From the NCBI GenBank assembly GCA_013416795.1, contig RQSC01001252.1, forward strand, positions 1 to 64,000: a stretch of DNA of 64,000 nt, in the 5' to 3' direction. Under the pieces are notes generated by a model. That model saw nothing but the letters and a program-made list of their open reading frames with translations, searched no databases and was not told the origin of the DNA. A program made the position numbers and the translations under genes. Below, in pieces: positions 22,253 to 33,853 of the stretch. Each line of letters opens with the position of its first letter. The stretch's first letter is position 1. This stretch comes from Prasinococcaceae sp. CCMP 1430. Taxonomy: Eukaryota > Plantae > Prasinodermophyta.

Positions 22253-22535
22253 GGGCCACTTTGCAGGCTGCCTGCTCCCTGCCGACGCCGTCGCCCCGGC
22301 CGGAGGGAGGTTGGGGTTGCGTTGCGTGGGCCGAAGTGCCGCAGCAGGCACCCCTCGCACCCAGCCGATGGGCGCCGACCGAGCAGTCTCTGCCACTCTC
22401 TGTCCGGCTGGGGTGCAGGCCTGCTCGTGTCCGTGAAGTCAGCGGGTGCGACAGCTGGCCCTCTTCAAGCAGCGAACCGTGCCCCGCAGGATCCCGACCA
22501 CGTTTCAAAAGACTCGGTCAGGGCTCTTTTTTTTT
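22253..22535 (+). ncRNA. Candidate structured Pol III-type ncRNA (SRP helix-8-like segment; identity unresolved)
   Basis: Several stems, a USE-like CCACATC at 22175, an AT box at 22211-22219 and T9/T6/T8 runs at 22527-22556. Details are in the findings. Confidence 0.3.
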
Positions 22536-23787
22536 GAAGTCTTTTTTCTTTTTTTTGAAACCTCGGGTCGGTTCCCAGCCAGCCTGGTGCAGTTTCCCGT
22601 TTCCGCATGAAACTCGTAAATTTCATGCAACCACCCAAATTGGTGGCGCGGGGCGACTTCGCGACGCAGAAGCTTCGCGGGAGGAACGACGCCTACGGCC
22701 CAGCAGCGCCCGCGCGCCACGTTATTTATCAGCGAGATTCGCTTTTCGACGCCGCCACCCAACCACCTGGGCAAAAAATCCGAGGGTTGCCGGCATATTC
22801 ACGCGCGGATGCTTCATCCGCCCGGAAGCCCCGTCGAGCCCCGTTTTTTTCCCGGGCGTCTCTCGAGGCCTCCCGTTTTTCCCCGTGCGTCTCTCGGGGC
22901 TGCGAGTGGGCAAATTCTTACGCCGCGGGCGGTCGCCGCGGGCATATCCGCCCGCCGCGCGGATCGCGGCGGCTGCGGCGGCCGAATTCAAACGAGTATC
23001 AAGCGCCATGCGCGGCGCGTGTGCCATGCGCGCGCGGTGTTGCGTACTGCGGGTCGGAAAAACGGCCGGAGACTCGAAAGCACCAAACCGTCGATTTTCG
23101 AGGAACCGAAACCGCAACCAAAGGGCGGCGTCCGCGGCCCGTGGCGGCCGCGCGGACCCGGGCGCGATGGGTTCAATTTCCCCACTCTTTACATAAACCC
23201 TTTACAATAAACCCAAATGCGCGCGGCACGCCCCCCCCCCCCCCGCCAAAAAAAAACGGCGGGCGGCGCGCGCGCTCGCGCGCGCGATGAGTCGCCCGAT
23301 CAGCCCCCGTGCCCCCTTCCTTCCCAGCGCGCCGCCGCCTTTGCGGTCTCTTGCCTCATCAGGGTCTACTAAGGACGGCGCGTGATGGCGTCTCGCGTTG
23401 CGTTCGCCGCCGCGCGCGCGCGGCCGCCGTCGAGCGGGGGTTGGGGTTGGCGGCGGATCGTGCGCGCGCGCGCGCGCGCACGATCCGCCGCCNNNNNNNN
23501 NNNNNNNNNNNNNNNNNNNNNNNNNNNNNNNNNNNNNNNNNNNNNNNNNNNNNNNNNNNNNNNNNNNNNNNNNNNNNNNNNNNNNNNNNNNNNNNNNNNN
23601 NNNNNNNNNNNNNNNNNNNNNNNNNNNNNNNNNNNNNNNNNNNNNNNNNNNNNNNNNNNNNNNNNNNNNNNNNNNNNNNNNNNNNNNNNNNNNNNNNNNN
23701 NNNNNNNNNNNNNNNNNNNNNNNNNNNNNNNNNNNNNNNNNNNNNNNNNNNNNNNNNNNNNNNNNNNNNNNNNNCTCCCCCCTCTCG

Positions 23788-25068
23788 ATGGCGGCCACGA
23801 CGCAAAACTCAGCCCATTCGGCACAACAGCACTTTCCCGCCCCCGCGGCAATGTGCACGGCTCACTCCCGCGGCTCCCCGCCCTCGCCGACGAGCACGCT
23901 GCCCGACAAGGACGACGGCCTCGGAGCGCAGCTCGCGCGCATCTTCGGCGGCAAGGGCGGCGGCGGCGCCGCAGAGGCCTACTCCCCCCACTCCCCGCTT
24001 CCCGACGTGGTCGTGTGGTCGTCGGAGACGAGCGAGGACGAGCTCGCCGACGCCGACGACGACGACGAGCTGTTCTTCGGCGACATCTCCGTGTACCAGT
24101 GCGGCGGCGGTTCGGACGCGGCGGCTGCGGCGGCGCGAGCCGGTGGCGCCGAGCTCGACGGGCCGTACGCGGCGGCCTACTCGGAGGCGTACGCCACCCG
24201 CGGTGCGTGGCCCGAGCCCCAGCGGGAGCAGATCACGCTCGCGGAGGAGCGCGCCGAGCCCCTACCCGCCGCGCACCAGCAGCACCAGCAGCAAAAGCAG
24301 CGGGAAGAGGAGGATGCGCACGCCAATGCCATCCTGTATCCGAACCCGGCGCCCGCCACCGGCACGGCGGAGACGCCCACGCGTCCGCAGGGTGGCGGCG
24401 CGGGCCTGGACGAGCTCGGCGGCAGCGCGGGCGAGCGGCTGGACACGCGGACGGTCTCCCTGCCCGCGTGCGCCAGCGCGGACGATGCCGAAGCCCAGAG
24501 CGCGGGGCTCGCGACCAAGCGCGAGTGCAACATGGCGACGCTGCAGGCGCTGTGCATGCCTCGGGAGGGCGTGCGCGCGCTGCACGCGGCTGCGGTGTTG
24601 GCGGTCGAGGCCGGCGCGCGGTCGCCCTCCGAGGTGGCGGCGGCGCTCGTCTCGCGCGGCTACGATGCCGCGGTGGCGAGCAGCCGCTCGAGCGGCGGCG
24701 GCACGGCCAGCGGGTCGGGAAGCACGGGCCGCGGGCGGCCGATCTTCAGCGGCGAGCACGAGTTCGTGCGCGTGACCATGCCGTCGCTGGTGGACGGCAG
24801 CTATGAGCACGTGATCGTGGAGTGCAACTTCCGCTCGCAGTTCGCCATCGCGCGCCCCATGGTAGCCTACGGCAAGCTTCTCGACAAGTCCCCCGACGTC
24901 TACGTCGGCTACGCTCGCGACATGAGCGTGCTCGTGCGCTTCCTGGTGACGCACGCCGCCGAGAGCTTCGCGGCACAGGGCATGGACGTGCCGCCGTGGC
25001 GCAAGGCGAGAGCCATGCTTGGGAAGTGGCTGCTCGGGGAGGCACGCGCCGCCGCCCAGTCGCGCTGA
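23788..25068 (+). CDS. DUF506 (plant PDDEXK-like) family protein
   Basis: LVSRGYDA, GEHEFVRV, IVECNFRSQFAIARP..AY..LL...P.VYVG and MDVPPWRKARAMLGKW. The start may lie in the gap 23493-23774. Confidence 0.9.
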   Translation: MAATTQNSAHSAQQHFPAPAAMCTAHSRGSPPSPTSTLPDKDDGLGAQLARIFGGKGGGGAAEAYSPHSPLPDVVVWSSETSEDELADADDDDELFFGDISVYQCGGGSDAAAAAARAGGAELDGPYAAAYSEAYATRGAWPEPQREQITLAEERAEPLPAAHQQHQQQKQREEEDAHANAILYPNPAPATGTAETPTRPQGGGAGLDELGGSAGERLDTRTVSLPACASADDAEAQSAGLATKRECNMATLQALCMPREGVRALHAAAVLAVEAGARSPSEVAAALVSRGYDAAVASSRSSGGGTASGSGSTGRGRPIFSGEHEFVRVTMPSLVDGSYEHVIVECNFRSQFAIARPMVAYGKLLDKSPDVYVGYARDMSVLVRFLVTHAAESFAAQGMDVPPWRKARAMLGKWLLGEARAAAQSR

Positions 25069-25731
25069 GGAGCGGTTGGCGCGAAGGAGGGAGGCGGCAC
25101 TGGAGCCGAACACACCGAGAGGCTGGACCGGACACGCAGCATCGAAGGCAACCCGACGACGACGAACCGCGACGGCGCGCGTCGTGCCGTCGAGCGACGC
25201 GCCTGAGCGACATGAGAGAGGCAGAAGAGACAGCCGACAACGAGAAAACACTGAAACATGCAAAAACAAAACAAAACACAAAACCGAACGACGGTCGCCG
25301 AGCTGCAGTATTGCAGCCGCCACCGTACGCCGGCCGCGGCAGCGGCCCAGCGCGCACTGTTGCGTGCGAGGGCTCGCTCCGCGCCGGCGCCCATTAATAC
25401 TCGAGAAACACAATTTTGATACGCACGCTCGGCACAGCACCGCGCGCGCTGCGCCCACGCGCACCCGCAGGAACGAGCGACGCAGGGGCCGACGCGCGCT
25501 TGATCGGCGCGTCGCTCCTGGCCCAGTCGTGGAGACATGGGCGCGCAGACGCGCTAGGTGCCCTCGCGCGCGCGCGCGCGCACGCGAGAGTGTACGGGGC
25601 GCCACGCGCGCGACGCGCGCTTGCGAGCCTACCGACGCGCCGGGGGCTGATCAGCCACGGCGGCGGTCAGAGGGGCGTTCGTACGACGGCGCGTTTTGCG
25701 TTACTCACTGAGACGGCAGCACCGCCCGACG

Positions 25732-26352
<621 letters not shown>

Positions 26353-27639
26353 TCAACGCCTCACGACCGCAGCGCAATGCAGCGCGTGTGGCGCCGGTGC
26401 GGCGTGCAATGCTCGAGCGGCGCGCACGACGCGGCCGAGGCCGCGGCGGCCGCAGGCCTCCCGCATGCCCTGCGCCTGCTGCCTGCCCGCGGCTCCAACC
26501 CTAAGAGGGCCCCCTTTCGCGCGCGGTCGCCGACGCAATCCGGCGGCAGACGCCACACCCTCGCCCTGCGCCCCCGCGCGCGCGCGCGCGCGCGCGCGCG
26601 CCGCACATGCTTCTGTATCATCCGACCCGCCCATCAGAACGCATGCTGGGGCGGGCGCGCGCGGGCGCGCGCGCCGCATGCGTTCTGATGGACGGTACGT
26701 CAAAAAGCACGCATCCCGCTGCCGCTGCTCCGCCGGGTGGCGGCGGCGGCTGTCGTTCGCCCCCCCCTCCCCCCGCGCGTGCGGATCGCCCATCAAAATG
26801 CGTTACGGAGCGCGTCGTCCATCAGAACGAACGTGATTCGACCGCGTCCGCCGGATCACGTATCAGGTTGCGTTCGGTTATGCCGACGGCATGCGCGGTG
26901 ATGGACGATCCGGCGCCTCGCGGCGTTTTAGCCGAGCGGGCGGCGAGAGCGAGAGCGAGAGCGCGCCGCCCCGGGCGGGCCACAGCGCCTTCGCGCGGGC
27001 GCAGGCGCGGGGCGGGTGGGTTGAGGGGGCGTGAAGGCGGGGCGGGGGCTGCTGGTGGCGTTCGCAGCGGCCCCGCGCGGCTTTTGGAGGCGGGTGCTCG
27101 CGGGCTACGCCCCGCGCGCGCGCGCGGCGCGTCCCCCGCCGCACGGTCCGTTCGAAGACATGGAGGGAACGACGTCGCCTCGCCGCCAAGCCCGCCAAAA
27201 AAAAAAAAAGGGCGCGCGCGCCCGCGCGTTTTTCGGGCGGGTCGGTGCGGTTCTCGCGCGTCGCCGCGCGCGACCGATTTGATTGGGGGCACGCGCGCGC
27301 GCGTGGCGGCGCTTCCGCTTTCTGCGCGACGCGACGGATCCGGAAATCCCGATCGATCGCGGATCCCGGATCCCGGCGCTGCCGCCGCGCGCGCGCGCCG
27401 CCCACTTTTGTTTCGCTGACTGACGCGCTTCGATCGATCGAGCCTACAAAAAATAGCTCGGGTGTGACCAGTGTCACACCCGGTTCGAGTCGGACATCGT
27501 GTCCCGCGACGCGCAAGAAACCAAGCGACCCCCAATCAAAACGCGGCGATACTCTCAACGGGCCTGGCTGGATGATGACCGAGGATGAGTCGCTCGTCGC
27601 TTCCATCGATCGATCGATCGATCGGGCGCACAGTCTCCC

Positions 27640-28917
27640 GTGGCTGGATCGATCCGAGGCGCCGACGAGCTCGAGCGCTTCTCCGCGCCGCTGAGCGCGC
27701 GCGCGGTGCAGTGGTACCCGGGCCACGTCGCGCGCGCCGAGAAGATGCTCAGGGCACAAGTGCAGAGCGTGGACGTGGTGGTCGAGCTGCGCGACGCGCG
27801 CGTGCCCGGTTCGACGGCGCACCCGCAGCTGCGCGAGTGGATTGGCGACCGCAAGCGCGTGCTCGTTGTCAACCGCCGCGACGCCGTCAGCGATGACGAC
27901 CTCGCCATGTGGAACAAGCACTTCGAGCAGCAGGGCGAAAGGGCGATATGGACCAACGCTGTGAGCGGCCAGGGCGTCAACAAGCTGACGCGCGAGATTC
28001 TCAGCGCCGCCGGCGCGCTCGACGAGCGGCGCGCGCGGCGCGGGCTCAAGCCGCGCCCCGTCCGCGCCGCCGTGGTCGGCTTCCCGAACATCGGCAAGGT
28101 GCGTATGTGCCACGCGCGCGCGACCGCGAGCGCGCGCGCACCCCTGCAAGCACGCCCGCGGATGCGCGCGCGTTCAGACGAGCTGACGCACCCGTGCACC
28201 CCTCCCGCGCCCCACGCCCGCCGCTCAGAGCGCGCTGATCAATCGGCTCCTCAAACGCCGCGTGGCCGCGAGCGCGCCACGGCCGGGCGTCACGCGGCAG
28301 CTGCAGTGGATCCGAGTGGGCGAGCGCATCGATCTGCTCGACTCCCCGGGCATCCTGCCCAACAGGCTGACCGACCAGGTGGCCGCGCGGCGGCTGGCGA
28401 TTTGTGACGCCATCGGCGAGGCCGCCTACTCCGACGCTGCCATGGCGGCCGAGCTCGTCGATGTCATCTGTGCGGTGTCGAAGACGGGTCTGGAGGTGGA
28501 CGCCACGTCCAAGGGCGGCGGTCGGGTGGCGTTGGGCACGCCGCTCGAAGCGCTCGTCGGTCGCTTTGGCGCGGCGGCGGAGGATGCTGCCATAGCCGCG
28601 GGCGTCGCGGACGGCTTGGGGGGGGATGAAACGACCATCAAGTGCGTGCGCACGCGCGTGCGAGCGCGCAGGCGTGTGGGCGCGCGGGCGAGTGAGCCAG
28701 TGAGCGACAGAGCGAGCGCCTGCCTGTGCGCGCGCGCCCTTGCTTGGCGCCCCGCGCTGACTCATTCGCACGCGCGCACGCAGCGGGGAGCTGTTTGTGC
28801 AGGCGCTTGCCGAGCGCGTCTTCGCTGGAAACCTCGAGCAAGCCGGAATGCGGCTGCTCAAGGACTTCCGGCAGGGCAAGCTGGGGAACTGGGCGCTCGA
28901 GGTGCCGGCCTTGTAGG
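27640..28917 (+). CDS. RbgA/YlqF circularly permuted GTPase (organellar ribosome biogenesis); introns 28099-28228 and 28642-28783; start uncertain
   Basis: VQWYPGHVARA, VDVVVELRDARVP, VVNRRD (G4), G1 GFPNIGK|SALIN restored by splicing, PGVTR (G2), LLDSPGI (G3), and last exon RLLKDFRQGKLG. Confidence 0.92.
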
Positions 28918-29087
28918 CAGCGCAGTGGTAAGGTACCTATCTCAGGGGCCGACCGTAATGAAGGGACAGGAGCCGCAGCACGCGGCGGCATGCCGCCGTC
29001 TTTACACAAGAATCGTACAATCTGCGCACGCACGCCGGCGGGCGGGCGAGCTTGAGCGAGGCGCTCTGAGCGCGAGGCGCGTGGCCG

Positions 29088-29860
29088 TCAGGCCTTGTCC
29101 CGCGGCGCCCCGACGTCCACCAGGAGCAAATCCTCGTCGGTGCCGAAACACTTGCGCGCCTGCTCGAGGACGGCGGGCGTCACGCGCACACTCTCAGGTG
29201 CGGTGCTCGCGGGATCGCGCACAATGTATTCGCCGTTTTCGTACCCGATCACGACCACGTAGTGCCCCGTGTACCCCGAGGTGCCCCGGTTGCTGCTACT
29301 CGCGCTCGCGACAGCACGGACGCACCCGTCGCCACCCCCCGCCCCGCCCCCGCCCACCGCGCCGCCGCTTTCCGCCGCGCCGCCTCCCGCGCGCGCGGGC
29401 CTGGTGCGGTACCACGAGAGCTTGCGCTTGTCGACGAGCACGATGAAGACGTGCCTCCCACCGAGCATGTGCTGCAACAGCTCACCCTCCCCGAGCGAGC
29501 GCTTCTCAACTGTGATGCCCTCCGCGGCCGCGCGCGCGAAGAGCGCGTCCACGCGCGTGCAGTCCTCGGCCATGTTCTCTCGGTAGAAGCTCTCGTTCTC
29601 GAAGTCGGGATTGGCCCCGAGTGTCACCGTGAGGAACGACACCGGCACGCCGTGCCGCCGCAGCAGGAAGGCGAGGTCCACCGTCCAGATGCTGGTGGTG
29701 GGGCACATCTGCCGCAACGCGTAGAGCTCGGCATCGCGCCGCCCGATGGCGCGCAGCACCATGCACACGCACGCGAGCCCGCAGTCCCAATTGAAGGCCT
29801 GGCGCACGTGCGGCACGGCGTGGCGCACGGACGCACGCGTGCCGAGCGCCGCGCCGCCGC
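29088..29860 (-). CDS. GUCD1: GUCD1 / plant GC1-like protein (C39 peptidase-like fold); 5' exon(s) unresolved
   Basis: VPHVRQAFNWDCGLAC, SIWTVDLAFLL, T.TLGANPDF...FY, YTGHYVVVIGY, RDPA and ARKCFGTDEDLLLV. Confidence 0.88.
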
Positions 29861-31003
29861 GTGGCGCGCTCGCAGCTCGTGGCGGAGCCTGGAGGAGGAG
29901 CCTGACGACGAGGAGCCCGGGGGCGCTGCCGACGGTGTCGACGAGCACGCGCGCGTGCGCTTGCGCCGCGGGCCTCGCCCCGCGCACGCACACGCAAAAG
30001 AACGCGCGCGGCGAGGTGCGCAGCGCTCCGCCGCGGCGAGCCGGCCCCGCGTCCACGAACGCAGGCTCCTCCAGCCCACACTCCCCTCCCTCTCGCGTCG
30101 CTCCTCTGACCGCCCCCCCGCCCCCCGCGCCGCCTGCGGCAGGGGGGAGGGGCAGGGGGAGGAGCAGGGGACGCTGGGCCAGCGAGGGGGCGAGCGCTGC
30201 CTCGTGGCGCGGGCCGCCCGCGGAGGGAGGCGCCGGGTCGCCGTGCGGCTCGGGCCGGCCCGGTCGCAGCGCAGCGGCGATTCACGGCTCAATCCCTTCC
30301 CATGCACCTCGCGAGGCGCTCGGCGAGGCCCCCACCACCTCCCCCCACCCGCCCGCACGCGCCTGCCTGCGTGCGCTGTGACGCCGCCGCGGTCACTCAC
30401 GCGCGGCGCTCCGCCCAGCACCGCATTTGGGTATTTCTCAAAACCTCTACCGTCTTCGTCGCATGCGCGCCAAATCACAGCTCAAAATGCATCTATTTCA
30501 CAGGGGGAAGCACTCAGATGGAAACCCTTCACGCCTCCATTCCCTTTTTTTTTTTTTTTTGCGCACCGCGCGCCGCGCTGCTCCCGATCGCGCGTTGCTG
30601 ATCGGGCCGCGCCGCGGGCGGGCGAAAACAGCTTTCCGAAAAATTCAGAGTGAGGTTTGGTGTGATTTCTGCGTCGTGCGCCCGCGAAAGCGCCATGTCC
30701 GCGCGCGCGGGCCGCGCGCTCGCGCCGCGGCAATCTTTTAGATTCCGATCATTTTTGTTTCTTATTCGCACCTTTTAAAAAACGCGCGAGAGCGCGCACA
30801 CCGCGCGCGCGCACGCGCGCACGCACGGCGAGGACGCGCGGCGCGCACGCATGGCGCACGCGGGCGCGATGGGCCGCGTCGGAGTTGCGACGCGGCGGCG
30901 CCGGTGCCGTCTAGGCCGCGAAGAACGTGGTCAAGGTGGTTACGAAACGGCGCGTCCGTGCGCGCAGCCACACGCCGACACGCCCCATCTCACCACTGGG
31001 CTT

Positions 31004-32617
31004 TCACTCCTGGTCGGCAGCAGCGGCAGTGAGCATCGCGACGGCCGCGTCGTTGCCATTTCTCTTAGCGATGTCCAGCACTGTAAAGCCGTCGTTGTTG
31101 CGAATGGACATGTCAGCGCCCGCGTCGAGCAGGACCTGAAGGCATTGCCCACTGCTGTAGGGTAACACCGCGAAAAATGAGGGCGTCTCGCCATTGGCGT
31201 CGACCTTGTCCTTGTTGGCGCCCGCCTCAAGGAGCAGCCGAAGGCACTCCGGGTCGCTGTTCGTAGCTGCGAAGACCGCGGGAGTCCGCCCATCCGAATC
31301 TTCCGAGTCTACCTTGGCGCCCGCCTCGAGCAGCAGCTGAAGGCACGCAGTGCGGCCAAACTCTGCCGAGGGAAACAGTGGCGTCCGCCCTGACTCATCC
31401 GCACGGTCTACGTCGGCGCCCGCCTCGAGCAGAAGCCGAAGGCATGCGGTGCGCCCACGGTGCGCAGCGATATACGCGGGAGTATGTTCGCATGCATCGC
31501 AATCGTTGCCCTTCACGCCCGCCTCGAGCAGCAGCCGAAGGCACTCAGGCTCGCTGCTCGCAGCTGCAACGTGCACGACGTTCCGCCCTACGATATCCAT
31601 CCAGTTTCCCTTGGCGGCCGTGGCCGCCTCGAGAAGGAGCCGAAGGCACTCGGACTCGCTGCCGCAAGCTGCACAGTATGCGGGAGTCCGCCCCCTTTCA
31701 TCCTCAATACTTGCGTCGGCACCCGCCTCGATCAGAAGCCGAAGACACTCAATGCTCCCTTGCTGAGATGCGAGCAGCATGGGGGTGAAGCCTCCGATGG
31801 CAGCAGCCCCGTCCTTGTCTGCGCCCGCCTCCAGCAGTCGTTTCAGATGCTCGGGTCGATTCGCAGCCGCAGCCTTGTGGAGTGGCGTGAGGCCGCTGGC
31901 ATCCGTTTTCTCTTTGTCGCCGTCCGCATCGAGCAGTACTCGAAGGCACTCGGTGTAGCCAAACGCCGCCGCGTGGCACGCGGGAGTCTTCCCTGTGTCA
32001 CCTGCCTTCTCCATGTCAGCGCCCGCTTCGAGCAGCAGACGGAGGCAGTCTGCGCTCCCGGTGATAGCTGCGCAGACCGCGGGGGTGGTGCCGTGTTTGT
32101 CCGACTTGTCCTTGTCTGCACTCGCGTCGAGCAGCACCTTCAGGCAGTCGGGTTGATCACTCGTCGCAGCAACGTGCGCAGGTGTGCTGCCATCGAAGTC
32201 GTTTCCTTTGTTGGGGTCGGCGCCCTCCTCAAGCAGCACCCGCATGCAGGCAACGCTGCCACACTGCACCGCCGCCGTCAAGGCTGGTTGCATGTGGGCA
32301 TCTTCCTCGTCCCCGTCATCTTCCCCCATTGCGTCCGCGTCGGCGCCGGCATCCAGCGCTCGCCGAACAACTTCGGGCTGACCATCAAACGCCGCCTCGT
32401 ACAAGAGCTGGTCTGCGTCAATGGATGAGAGCAGCTTCTCAGCGAGCCACTCCACGGAGCCTCGCGCCTGGTCGCGTTCCTGGCGTGCCGTGCGTGCTGC
32501 CTCCGCGTTCACCCCGAGCGCCTGCGTAGCGAGCAGCAGCGCCTGGCGCGCGCTCTCTGCGCGGGCCGCGCTCGCGCCTGGGCCGCCCATCGCGCCCGCG
32601 CCGCGCGTCGTCCCCAT
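31004..32617 (-). CDS. Ankyrin-repeat protein (about 14 repeats) with short helical N-terminus
   Basis: Tandem G.TP.H.AA..G..ECLRLLLEAGA units about 33 aa long; intronless ORF. Confidence 0.92.
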   Translation of the reverse strand: MGTTRGAGAMGGPGASAARAESARQALLLATQALGVNAEAARTARQERDQARGSVEWLAEKLLSSIDADQLLYEAAFDGQPEVVRRALDAGADADAMGEDDGDEEDAHMQPALTAAVQCGSVACMRVLLEEGADPNKGNDFDGSTPAHVAATSDQPDCLKVLLDASADKDKSDKHGTTPAVCAAITGSADCLRLLLEAGADMEKAGDTGKTPACHAAAFGYTECLRVLLDADGDKEKTDASGLTPLHKAAAANRPEHLKRLLEAGADKDGAAAIGGFTPMLLASQQGSIECLRLLIEAGADASIEDERGRTPAYCAACGSESECLRLLLEAATAAKGNWMDIVGRNVVHVAAASSEPECLRLLLEAGVKGNDCDACEHTPAYIAAHRGRTACLRLLLEAGADVDRADESGRTPLFPSAEFGRTACLQLLLEAGAKVDSEDSDGRTPAVFAATNSDPECLRLLLEAGANKDKVDANGETPSFFAVLPYSSGQCLQVLLDAGADMSIRNNDGFTVLDIAKRNGNDAAVAMLTAAAADQE

Positions 32618-32906
32618 CGCGCGATGTCCCAGGCAGACGAGGGAAGGGGAGAAGCAAGATCAAGCCGGGGGGAGCGACGGCGTGGACGACGAGGAGGGAG
32701 ACTACGACGAGGACGAGGACTACAATCCGGCAAGTGTGGAGGGTGACACGCATGCACGCGGGGGGGGGGTCACGGCGCGCGCTGTGGCACCTGTTGCATG
32801 CTAGCCGCCATGGCAGCGTCCTCCTCGGGTGTTACACGATGGTCGGTCTCTTCATACAGTTTCATCTTTTCGAGAGCAATCCGAGTGTGTTTGCGTGCTC
32901 ATTAAA

Positions 32907-32924
32907 AAACCCTAACCCTAAACC
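32907..32924 (+). repeat. Short interstitial telomere-like tract / telo-box (AAACCCTAACCCTAAACC)
   Basis: Direct reading: mixed CCCTAA and CCCTAAA units. Confidence 0.7.
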
Positions 32925-33247
32925 TCGCCCGATCGCGAAGTTTTCTGCTCGAGTGCCCGTCGACTGTCTGCAGGGCCGAGTAGCGGCACACAGCAGCCTG
33001 CGCAGCACGCGCGCCGCGGCGCCTACGCGTGTCGGCTGCTGGTCGTTGCAGAGGCAAAAACAGCGCCACTGGCGACTTCATATTAACGATTGCCGGCGGT
33101 ACGGTCAGCTTGCGGCGTCTCCGCCGCGCGCATCACCTGCTGGCAGCACGGCGTATCCCGAGCCCGTCTTCGACCCGCGTAGGTGGTCGGCTGCTGCGGG
33201 CAAGCGCGCGGGCGAGGCGCGTCAGCGTGCATTCTCGCACGAGCACG

Positions 33248-33853
33248 TCACCACTCGTGTGCGCTCGAGCGCCTGCGCGGGCCTCGACGGGGAGGGAGTG
33301 CGAGCGCGCAGCCGCGCGCACCTTCGACTTCGCCGTCGCTCGCACCGCCGACGTAGCGCATGACCGTGTGCTGCATGTCGACGCGAAAGCCCGCTCGCCA
33401 GAAGATGGTCCTCTCAGCGGTCCCAGCAGGGAAAGCGGCGATCGACGTGGGCTTTGCGCCGCGCGAAATGCCCTCTCTTTTGATCTCAGCGGCGATGCGC
33501 TCGAGCAGCGCGGGCGCATACGCAGCGTACGGCTCGGCGAGTGCCAGGTCCGCCAGCGCCGCGACGAACGCGCCGTCGCTCACCGCGCGCGCGAAGCCCA
33601 CGATGGCGCCCCGGCCCCCGTCGGCTCGCATCACTACGGACACGTAGCTGGCGGCGAGCGCGCGGCGCATGCGCTCGTCGTCGCGGCGCGCGCTTCGCGG
33701 CATGGCCTCGGCGAGGAAGTCGCACACCTCGGCGGCGTCCTCCACGCCCGCTCGCTCATATGTCGGCTGCGCGGGCTCCCTGCGCACACCCTGCGCTCCG
33801 CCCCACGGCCCACCGCTCCGCGCGGCCGCGGCTGCGCGCGGTCCCGGCTTCAT
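33248..33853 (-). CDS. GNAT-family N-acetyltransferase (NSI/SNAT-like)
   Basis: DDERMRRALAASYVSV, IVGFARAVSDGAFVAALADLAL, and ...IFWRAGF. ATG at 33853. Confidence 0.75.
   Translation of the reverse strand: MKPGPRAAAAARSGGPWGGAQGVRREPAQPTYERAGVEDAAEVCDFLAEAMPRSARRDDERMRRALAASYVSVVMRADGGRGAIVGFARAVSDGAFVAALADLALAEPYAAYAPALLERIAAEIKREGISRGAKPTSIAAFPAGTAERTIFWRAGFRVDMQHTVMRYVGGASDGEVEGARGCALALPPRRGPRRRSSAHEW

Noticed and set aside
22502-22561. GTTTCAAAA...TTTTGAAAC inverted repeat as a MITE
   Set aside because: Only 9 bp, mostly homopolymer, with no target-site duplication and no second copy in the window.
27604-27623. (GATC)n tract upstream of RbgA as a programmed frameshift
   Set aside because: A repeat-number error or an unrecognised first exon explains the missing ATG equally well; there is no stimulatory structure.
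31004-32400. Roughly 99-nt periodic DNA repeats as a CRISPR-like array
   Set aside because: They are the coding repeats of the ankyrin protein.
32880-33100. CCCTAACCCTAAA as a telomerase RNA template
   Set aside because: No USE/TATA pair or convincing T-run terminator around it; a telo-box or interstitial repeat explains it more simply.
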